Shown here piece after piece: positions 43,801-55,800 of a stretch of 64,000 nt of DNA. A program made the position numbers and the translations under genes. How positions within the stretch are numbered: position 1 is the stretch's first letter; every line of letters starts with the position of its first letter. A model generated the notes under the pieces. The model was not told where the DNA came from. It made no database searches and saw nothing but the letters and a program-made list of their open reading frames with translations. Origin of the DNA: Antedon mediterranea. Its lineage: Eukaryota > Animalia > Echinodermata. Where the stretch lies: assembly GCF_964355755.1 (NCBI RefSeq), contig NC_092672.1:24007237-24071236 (forward strand), written 5' to 3'.

Positions 43801-46800
43801 AGTGTGGCATTGTGTTTAATATTAGTGTTTATATACTGTAATTCACCAAGTCAGTCCATTTAAAGTGTGGCATTGTGTTTAATATTAGTGTTTATATACT
43901 GTAATTCACCAAGTCAGTCCATTTAAAGTGTGGCATTGTGTTTAATATTAGTGTTTATATACTGTAATTCACCAAGTTCAATTTTCAGGAATAAATCATA
44001 CTATTTCCTTAATGAAACTAATTAATTTAATTAACAATGGCTCTAACAAACTTTTCCTAAAAAACTAAAATTGATTAAGCAACATTGTAAGAAATCCATC
44101 ACTTAAATATCTCCTTAATATTCAGTAAAATATAAATAGTTATTAGTGAGAAACTGAAAACTAAATGATAGCACATATTGTTATTAAAGGCAGAACAATT
44201 TGTGTATTTGTAACTTGGAATATAGAAGTTTTTAAACCATTATAATACAGTATAACATGAATTGTTTGTATGTTTCTTTTCTTTTCAATTTCAACAAGGA
44301 ATTTAAAACGTGATTAAAATAACTATTAATTTGATACAACCACACTTAAGTGTTAAAATAATAATGATAATACAGTCTTTTCAAAATGTGGATTAAGCTT
44401 GTTTCATGTTTTTGAGAAAATAAAGTTGAATATTTTTTACTTTGTAAAGAGTTCCACAACTTGCTATATTGTAAAGCCTCAAAATAAGATTTTATTAATA
44501 GACAATTACATAATAGAAACTGCTATTCATTTTCAGGAAATCCAATTGAATTGTATAGAAGACTTGCTGAAGAAAATATCAGTAAATCAATAGAAGATAA
44601 TAAAGAAGGTGTAGCAACAGCAAGTAAGCCTCACAGCTCAACTGAAAAGGTATGTACACACTATAAGAAAAGGTATGTACACACTATAACAAAAGGTGTG
44701 TACACACTATAACAAAAGGTATGTACACACTATAAGAAAAGGTATGTACACACTATAACAAAAGGTGTGTACACACTATAACAAAAGGTGTGTACACACT
44801 ATAACAAAAGGTGTGTACACACTATAACAAAAGGTGTGTACACACTATAACAAAAGGTGTGTACACACTATAACAAAAGGTATGTACACACTATAACAAA
44901 AGGTATGTACACACTATAACAAAAGGTATGTACACACTATAACAAAAGGTGTGTACACACTATAACAAAAGGTGTGTACACACTATAGCAAAAGGTGTGT
45001 ACACACTAAAACAAAAGGTGTGTACACACTATAACAAAAGGTGTGTACACACTATAACAAAAGGTGTGTACACACTATAACAAAAGGTGTGTACACACTA
45101 TAACAAAAGGTGTGTACACACTATAACAAAAGGTGTGTACACACTATAACAAAAGGTGTGTACACACTATAACAAAAGGTATGTACACACTATAACAAAA
45201 GGTGTGTACACACTATAACAAAAGGTATGTACACACTATAACAAAAGGTGTGTACACACTATAACAAAAGGTGTGTACACACTGTAACAAAAGGTGTGTA
45301 CACACTGTAACAAAAGGTGTGTACACACTGTAACAAAAGGTACGTACACACTATAACAAAAGGTACGTACACACTATAACAAAAGGTACGTACACACTAT
45401 AACAAAAGGTACGTACACACTATAACAATAGGTATGTACACAATATAACAATAGGTACGTACACACTATAACAAAAGATACGTACACACTATAACAAAAG
45501 GTACGTACACACTATAACAATAGGTACGTACACAATATAACAATAGGTACGTACACAATATAACAAAAGGTACGTACACAATATAACAAAAGGTACGTAC
45601 ACAATATAACAAAAGGTACGTACACACTATAACAAAAGGTACGTACACACTATAACAAAAGGTACGTACACACTATAACAAAAGGTACGTACACACTATA
45701 ACAATAGGTACGTACACAATATAACAATAGGTACGTACACAATATAACAATAGGTACGTACACAATATAACAAAAGGTACGTACACAATATAACAAAAGG
45801 TACGTACACACTATAACAAAAGGTATGTACACACTATAACAAAAGGTATGTACACACTATAACAAAAGCTGTGTCATTGACGCGATTATTTGTCCATTGG
45901 TAAACACATTTTTATGTATTATTATTCTGAAAATAATTGAACTGTAAACATAATTCTTTTGAGTATTTGTTTATTTACATATCATTCCATCAGATCAACT
46001 ATTTTTTATTTCCATTACATCCAACCAAACATGTAAGAAATGTAGTTAAAATACCGTACTATCTAGCGCGTACGACCATACGCGGTAGATTGTTTACTCA
46101 AAAATCATCGAACGGTCCTTACATTATTCAGGGAGTTGTAAAATCAACTCCCTGCACTATTCAACCTTGTTTTTGTAGTTGAGCCTCTCATGGCCTGAGA
46201 TTTTTTTGTCTTCCTACGCCAAGATAATATAGTTCTACAAGCCATGTGCTTTTTTCTCTGAGAAATATTTATTATAAGTGCCAAAAAAATCGATATGAAG
46301 CCTTTATTATTCAATTCTTTTAAAGAAAAATCACACATACCATAAAGAAGGTTCATTTATTTATTACAACGTTCGTGGCTAAAAACGATCATTTTCGGCA
46401 ATGTTTAGACCCTATATTTCAAAAACTACAACAAGTCAGATTTTCGTAATTCTTTCTTTATTGGAATATTGAAACAAAATACCAACAGATAATGTTTAAA
46501 TTGGTTGAAAAATAACAACTTTTAATTTTGCATCGTTATCCCTGCTAATAAAGTGTCATTTCCGGCGAACTAGAAAGGTGCCATTTATCATGGATTTTGC
46601 GTGCGAGAGTGCCATTTCCGGCCATCTAAGTGTGTTCTGTAACAAAATTCGCTTCGCCACAACCCCCACCATGGAGGGGGGGGGGGAGGCTGTGGCTCAA
46701 ATACTCAATGTCTGATGTGCCCTTTTTATCGCCGGACCCCCCCTCTCAAAAATGTCTGGATCCGCCCCAGAAAAGGTACGTACACACTGTAACAAAAGGT

Positions 46801-49800
46801 ATGCACACACTATAACAAAAGGTGTGTACACACTATAACAAAAGGTGTGTACACAATATCACAAAAGGTGTGTACACAATATCACAAAAGGTGTGTACAC
46901 ACTATAACAAAAGGTATGTACACACTATAACAAAAGGTGTGTACACACTATAACAAAAGGTATGTACACACTATAACAAAAGGTATGTACACACTACAAG
47001 AAAAGGTATGTACACACTATAACAAAAGGTATGTACACACTATAACAAAAGGTGTGTACACACTATAACAAAAGGTATGTACACACTATAACAAAAGGTG
47101 TGTACACACTATAACAAAAGGTGTGTACACACTATAACAAAAGGTGTGTACACACTATAACAAAAGGTGTGTACACACTATAACAAAAGGTATGTACACA
47201 CTATAACAAAAGGTATGTACACACTATAACAAAAGGTATGTACACACTATAACAAAAGGTGTGTACACACTATAACAAAAGGTGTGTACACACTATAACA
47301 AAAGGTGTGTACACACTATAACAAAAGGTATGTACACACTATAACAAAAGGTGTGTACACACTATAATAAAAGGTGTGTACACACTATAACAAAAGGTGT
47401 GTACACACTATAACAAAAGGTGTGTACACACTATAACAAAAGGTGTGTACACACTATAACAAAAGGTGTGTACACACACACTATAACAAAAGGTGTGTAC
47501 ACACTATAACAGAAGGTATGTACACACTATAACAAAAAGTATGTACACACTATAACAAAAGGTGTGCACACACTATAACAAAAGGTGTGTACACACTATA
47601 ACAAAAGGTATGTACACACTATAACAAAAGGTGTGTACACACTATAACAAAAGGTGTGTACACACTATAACAAAAGGTGTGTACACACTATAACAAAGGT
47701 GTGTACACAGTATAACAAAAGGTATGTACACACTATAACAAAAGGTATGTACACACTATAACAAAAGGTGTGTACACACTATAACAAAAGGTATGTACAC
47801 ACTATAACAAAAGGTGTATACACACTATAACAAAAGGTATGTACACACTATAACAAAAGGTGTGTACACACTATAACAAAAAGTATGAACACACTATAAC
47901 AAAAGGTGTGTACACACTATAACAAAAGGTATGTACACATTATAACAAAAGGTGTGTACACACTATAACAAAAGGTGTGTACACACTATAACAAAAGGTG
48001 TGTACACATTATAACAAAAGGTATGTACACACTATAACAAAAGGTATGTACACACTATAACAAAAGGTACGTACACAATATAACAAAAGTTACGTACACA
48101 CTATAACAATAGGTACGTACACAATATAACAAAAGGTACGTACACAATATAACAAAAGGTACGTACACAATATAACAATAGGTACGTACACAATATAACA
48201 AAAGGTACGTACACACTATAACAAAAGGTACGTACACACTATAACAATAGGTACGTACACACTATAACAATAGGTACGTACACAATATAACAATAGGTAC
48301 GTACACAATATAACAATAGGTACGTACACAATATAACAAAAGGTACGTACACAATATAACAAAAGGTACGTACACACTATAACAAAAGGTACGTACACAC
48401 TATAACAAAAGGTACGTACACACTATATCAAAAGGTACGTACACACTATAACAAAAGGTATGCACACACTATAACAAAAGGTGTGTACACACTATAACAA
48501 AAGGTGTGTACACAATATCACAAAAGGTGTGTACACACTATAACAAAAGGTGTGTACACACTATAACAAAAGGTATGTACACACTATAACAAAAGGTATG
48601 TACACACTATAACAAAAGGTATGTACACACTATAACAAAAGGTATGTACACACTATAACAAAAGGTATGTACACACTATAACAAAAGGTGTGTACACACA
48701 CACTATAACAAAATGTGTGTACACACTATAACAGAAGGTATGTACACACTATAACAAAAAGTATGTACACACTATAACAAAAGGTGTGCACACACTATAA
48801 CAAAAGGTGTGTACACACTATAAAAAAAGGTGTGTACACAATATCACAAAAGGTGTGTACACACTATAACAAAAGGTGTGTACACAATATAACAAAAGGT
48901 ATGTACACACTATAACAAAAGGTATGTACACACTATAACAAAAGTTATGTACACACTATAACAAAAGGTGTGTACACACTATAACAAAAGGTATGTACAC
49001 ACTATAACAAAAGGATTGTACACACACACTATAACAAAAGGTGTGTACACACTATAACAAAAGGTATGTACACACTATAACAAAAGGTACGTACACACTA
49101 TAACAAAAGGTACGCACACACTATAACAAAAGGTATGCACACACTATAACAAAAGGTGTGTACACACTATAACAAAAGGTGTGTACACAATATCACAAAA
49201 GGTGTGTACACACTATAACAAAAGGTATGTACACACTATAACAAAAGGTATGTACACACTATAACAAAGGGTATGTACACACTATAACAAAAGGTATGTA
49301 CACACTATAACAAAAGGTGTGTACACAATATAACAATAGGTACGTACACAATATAACAAAAGGTACGTACACAATATAACAAAAGGTACGTACACAATAT
49401 AACAATAGGTACGTACACAATATAACAATAGGTACGTACACAATATAACAATAGGTACGTACATAATATAACAAAAGGTACGTACACAATATAACAAAAG
49501 GTACGTACACACTATAACAAAAGGTATGTACACACTATAACAAAAGGTATGTACACACTATAACAAAAAGCACGTACACACTATAACAAAAGGTACGCAC
49601 ACACTATAACAAAAGGTGTGTACACAAAATCACAAAAGGTGTGTACACACTATAACAAAAGGTGTGTACACACTATAACAAAAGGTATGTACACACTATA
49701 ACAAAAGGTATGTACACACTATAACAAAAGGTATGTACACACTATAACAAAAGGTGTGTACACACTATAACAAAAGGTATGTACACACTATAACAAAAGG

Positions 49801-52800
49801 TGTGTACACACACACTATAACAAAAGGTGTGTACACACTATAACAAAAGGTATGTACACACTATAACAAAAGGTATGTACACACTATAACAAAAGGTGTG
49901 TACACACTATAACAAAAGGTATGTACACACTATAACAAAAGGTATGTACACACTATAACAAAAGGTACGTACACACTATAACAAAAGGTATGCACACACT
50001 ATAACAAAAGGTGTGTACACACTATAACAAAAGGTGTGTACACAATATCACAAAAGGTGTGTACACACTATAACAAAAGGTATGTACACACTATAACAAA
50101 AGGTATGTACACACTATAACAAAAGGTATGTACACACTATAACAAAAGGTATGTACACACTATAACAAAAGGTGTGTACACACACACTATAACAAAAGGT
50201 GTGTACACACTATAACAAAAGGTATGTACACACTATAACAAAAGGTATGTACACACTATAAGAAAAGGTATGTACACACTATAAGAAAAGGTATGTACAC
50301 ACTATAACAAAAGGTGTGTACACACACACTATAACAAAAGGTGTGTACACACTATAACAAAAGGTATGTACACACTATAACAAAAGGTATGTACACACTA
50401 TAAGAAAAGGTATGTACACACTATAAGAAAAGGTATGTACACACTATAACAAAAGGTGTGTACACACACACTATAACAAAAGGTGTGTACACACTATAAC
50501 AATAAGTATGTACACACTATAACAATAAGTATGTACACACTATAACAAAAGGTATGTACACACTATAACAAAAGGTATGTAAACAATATAACAAAAGGTG
50601 TGTACACACTATAACAAAAGGTGTGTACACACTATAACAAAAGGTGTGTACACACTATAAGAACATTCCCATACGAGGGGGCTATGCGAGCGAAGCGAGC
50701 TTCACTAGGCTGGGGGCCGTAATCAACATGTTTTAGCGTCATTTGAGGCCACTTTAATCAGATTTTGGGTAGTCGTATCACTTTTTTTCCATTTTTTATA
50801 ATGCATAAATAAAATACTGCTACTACTAAAAAACGATGCGCGATGACTGTTTAAATCCATATTTTTCAATTTAAAAAATAAAAGTTCAAAATATGCCTAT
50901 TTATCGGGTAAATTGTAGCATAGAAAATATACGCGAACGTAAAACGTACCCACAGACCAAGAGGTAGGCCTGTATTGTTTATTGCAGAGGCGTAGGCTGG
51001 TTGCTGTCTGGGGGTGCAAAAATAGTAAATGGGTGCCTTGGGCTGATCTGTAAGAAAATTTTGAAAAATAGAGCTGCTAGGTCCCTGGAAGTTGCAATTA
51101 TACATAATTTTGATAGGCCTACTATGAAACGAAATTACAAGTCTACAGAACGAGACAACCGTGGTTGGGATGGAGCTAAGAAAATTTAGAAAAATAGAGT
51201 TGGAGATCCCGGAAATTGGACTTTTTATACTTCAAAACATGAAACAAAATATATAAGTCCCTATCATGGTTGTGACTGAGCTATGAAATGTTTGAAAAAT
51301 AGAGCTGTTAGGTCCCGGAAAATGCACTTATTGTACTTCTAAATATGACCAGTTTTATGGTTGGGGCTGAGCTAAGAAAACTTTTAAAACTAGAGCTGCA
51401 GGTCTTTAAAAATTGCATCTTATACTTTGAAAACATCAGGCCTAGAGGCTGAATAAAAGTGGTCGCAAGCGTAGACCCTTTTCAGTCGGGTAAATCAGTT
51501 TATACCTCCCAAGCGTATGCGTGCATACCATCTGGACTTCCGAGTGGTGAGAAGTTTATGACATACAGGACATTGAAAATTTAATAACTTACAGTAAAAA
51601 AGTTAGCTATAATAAGATGTTGGCTAAGCAAAAATGGCATGTTTTTTTGTTTAGTAATGTATGAAATATTTATTTTAGGTGCCCCACGGTACACAGGGTT
51701 ACTTGTAAATTAAAAAATTGGTGAACATACGAAAAATTAACATAATTCGTTTTTGCTTTAGCGTACGTTCTAGGTTCCCCGACGAGGAGGTTAGATTGTA
51801 GTAATTTAAAGCAAAAAATAGTAAAATTGGCTGCTAAGCCAGTGGGTTTTTGATTGAATGTAACCATTTATTTTGTCATTTTATATGTGACCAATTTATT
51901 TATTTTTTCATTTTTTTTTTCATCCTATATGTTTTTTTGTGGGACAATAGGACTACATCTATAATGAAATTGTTGTTAATATAAAGTTGCTTTCAAAAGA
52001 CATCAGACCTCCCAAATCTCTCCCTAAAATACAATTTATTTTGGATTAACCAACAAAATATCCAAAGGTGTTAAAAAAAATGTTACTACTTTAATTTTAG
52101 TGTTCTTGGATTAGATGTATTTTTTTTATAAGTAAATATTATAGCACTTTATAAAGTCTTCCAATATTTCATTTTTCTAAGTTAGAAAGTCCAAAACTTC
52201 CTTATATGGTTATCTTCTAAATTATAATAATAATTAGAGCATAGCATTTCATATTTGTATAGAAGCCTTTACCAGTGACATTGCTTTAAATCTTAATTAC
52301 TTCACAGATTCACTTTTTTATTTCTTGCCAGGAAAAGTCACGTCCAAATAATAGAGACAAAGGAATAACATTTTTTGGTATTAATTGGGAAACAATTCGT
52401 CAAAAGGTAAATTCCTTTTTCTGTAATCAGTTTATTGAATTTGGTGATTTACGAATTGATTTAGAAATAAATATTCATGTACATTTTGATAAAGTAAATA
52501 TATGTTTTTTAGTTCAAAACCACCACAAACAGCAAAACCACCACAAACAGTGGTAAGTTCATTTTATTTTTCTAACAGCTATACAATGTCTAGTTAACTC
52601 AGTTCATCTAATAGATAAATTATGATTTTCTTCTACTTTATTTTTTATTTAATCATATTTTAGAGGTGAATACGGGAACACCTGCAAAAGCTAAAGATGT
52701 GAGTACTACAATATAGCATTTGTTGACTGTTCTATTTAACTCAACTCTGTCTCCTCAAAAAGAATAATCCATCTTTCTTTTAACTCACAAATTCATTACT

Positions 52801-55800
52801 TGTATACTGTTTAAAATGAGGAATTAAATCTATTATACTTTTAACATTAGCAGTGTTTAACTTTTCCTTATTCTATTAAGATCCAGCCAATGATAACCAT
52901 TGACAGTAATTTGCTTTTGAATTGATATACTTACTTTTAACATGGTATATAACATTATACTGATATGAATGGTTCAGAAAGTAAAACATTTACCTCTATG
53001 TTATTTATATAATATTTGTTATTTTTATTTTTGTGTATCAGGTTAGCAAGAAGTCAACTGCAGAAGGTAAGTGTGTAATTAACTTAAATTCTTAATACGT
53101 TAATTGTGCAATTATAAAATAATGGAACATGCTGAGTGAATACTAATACCGTAATAGAATTAGTGAATGATAAAACTGTGATGAAGAAAATTAATAACGA
53201 CACTTAAAACCATTTTGAATAAAAACTGTTTTCCACTCAGTATAATTAATGACAACATTTACAGATATCTTAATAATGTTTTCTCTCCTTGCAATGTTGC
53301 GTCAGTTGAGTCGATTATTGAACAAAACAAGGTTCTTTATTTTAAATTACCTTACTTACAGTTTGCCAAATGCGCACAACAAAGAATATCGATAAAATTA
53401 CACCTAAATGTTGCAAAGGTGTTTATATTAAATTAGCTTTCAAATCATTTAAAACTTTTTTAGTCTTAAGGACCCTGTCCCTGATGTGTTCAGCTCTCGT
53501 GTTGTATATAAATTTAAATGTATGGGATGTAATTCCATGTATATTAGTGAAACCAATAGATTGTTATCAATGCGGTTGCGTGAACATTTCAGGGACAAGG
53601 CTTCTCACATTTTTCAACATCTGCAGGATTCAGAACGGTGTAAGGCCCTCGCTAAGGCGGAATGCTTCACCGTTCTGGGGTCTGCAGATTCCGCTTTCAA
53701 GCTTAAGGTCAAGGAAGTCCTCCACATCACGTGGAGTAAACCTTCATTGAACAAACAAATCTATTAAAACTTAGGCGTCACACTTCCCATATGATTGGTT
53801 TTTGCTTACATTCCTTGTTGTTTTATTATGCTAATTACTTACTTATTTACATACAACCTGTCCTATTGGTATATAAGCACTCTAGGCGTTGTTTACTGAG
53901 AATAGTTTCTCGAAACATGTCACATTTTAAGGCAGTTTGCCTTTTCATTAAATGCCTCTCTATAGTCATTTTAACTCGTAAGTTTGGTGGTATTATTCAT
54001 GATTTATCTGACAATGATAAAGTTGATAAAATTAATAGTGAAAGTGTTTACTACAATGATCAAGATAGCCTTTCTACCCAAAGCAGAACCATTTTAATCA
54101 CTTTTTACATCTTTTCTTGTCATTTTATGTTTAATAAGTTTTATCTTTAAAACATTTTAATTGCTACAGTATATAAGTTTATTATAAATTTATTTTTTAT
54201 CCTATATAAATATCCTGTTTAATATTTTACTAAAATGAGAAAGAGGTAGATCACTATTTTTGTTTCCAATTGATCGATACTTTCTTGGGTTTTTTGCCTC
54301 TTTCATTTTGTATATAACTGAATCATCTTTTTTTTATACATTTACTGTATTATATCTCTAAAAAAAATATTTATATATAAAGTATCAGAAATTATAATGT
54401 TTTACTCAAATATGAATATGAAAGAAATAAATGTTTATTTGAATTGAATTGAATTGAATTATTCAAATTGTCATTTAAGTGCAATAATGTTAAAAACAAA
54501 AACCAAAAATTAGGGTGAGACCACGAAACACAACCAAAAAAATGAATGTAAAGATATAATGATAACGATAATGACAACAGAGAATTACCACAGAGAAGAT
54601 GTCATTGATAATAGTAACATTTAGACAAATGATAATAGTTGTAGAGCTGATAATGATGAATATATTCAATGCCTATTATCTTTTTACATATATTTAGTCT
54701 ATTTGATTTGTAAACCTTATTTATTAAAAATTTTTCCCGTTGATTATTAAAGGAACTGAAGATGCATCAATTAATGCACAACAATCGTTGGATAAAGATA
54801 TTATTCAGGAAATTTTTTCAAAACAAGAAGTAAAACAGTCTCCTTTGGAAACTTTTAACATTTGGGATCATGGGGGACAGCTAATCTATCAAGGAATACA
54901 TCAGGTAAGTTTAGAACATTTTGTATGTCTGTATGGTCTATTGTTTGTGTATTAACAGTTTTAATGCCTAATTATGGCAGTATCTTATCTGTATCACATG
55001 GATAGCATTCTGCTGTGTGTAGGTAGGTGGGAACATGCCCACTGTACAGATTTTTGTTTAGGCCTTCCATCTATCCTAATGTTAAGAGATTACCCAACAA
55101 ACCTCTGTGTATCTCTTCACACACCCAGTCTATAAGTTTTGCAAGCTATCCATAGACTTCTCTCACTACATGTGAAGTGAATTTGAAGAGCTTTTTCTCT
55201 ATTTAGCACTCTGAACTATTTCTAAAGTTTACTTTTCTTTATTCTAATATATTTGTATTCTATTCACATTATTTCTATATTGCTGTTTTAAGAGATAAGT
55301 ATTTCTTTGATGATATGCGCTCTATATGTTCTGGATAATATTTATTGATTTTTAGAAAACACTGCATTCTATAACATCAGTAGGCTTTACTATCCTTGAC
55401 AAATAGTTTATAATTATTTTGTATGCAGATCTTTGTGACATCGGAGGCAGTTTATGTTGCTGTCTTTGATTTAAGTAAAGACCTCGATGATCCTGCATTA
55501 GTAATAGATCCCAATGGGGTAAGTATTTTAGGGGTATTAGATTAGATTAGATGTTGCTGACAATCTCATTCATTGGTTAAAAGTAAAATGCTTTCATTGC
55601 ATTGCAATGTAGCTGTGTCAAAGAATGTCATACTTACTTATATATATAGACTAGTGCTGTTCCACCGTACCACACCGATAATGTTAAAGAGTCGCTATCC
55701 AATCAAGTTTGAACATTACCATGAAAGCCCCAGTGGTCTAATGGTTAGGACATCTGCATATCAAGCAGAAGGTTCCGGGTTCGAGTCTTGGTTGGGGCGA

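Noticed and set aside
41991-43977. CRISPR-like regular array
   Set aside because: Units are contiguous and near identical, with no unique spacers or cas genes, in a eukaryotic intron.
45466-49533. Minus-strand ORFs of the MYVPFVIVCTYLLL type
   Set aside because: Translations of the 23-bp minisatellite.
53486-53767. Stand-alone GIY-YIG nuclease gene
   Set aside because: The YIG glycine is lost (YIS) and the upstream frame is broken; it is a decayed Penelope fragment.
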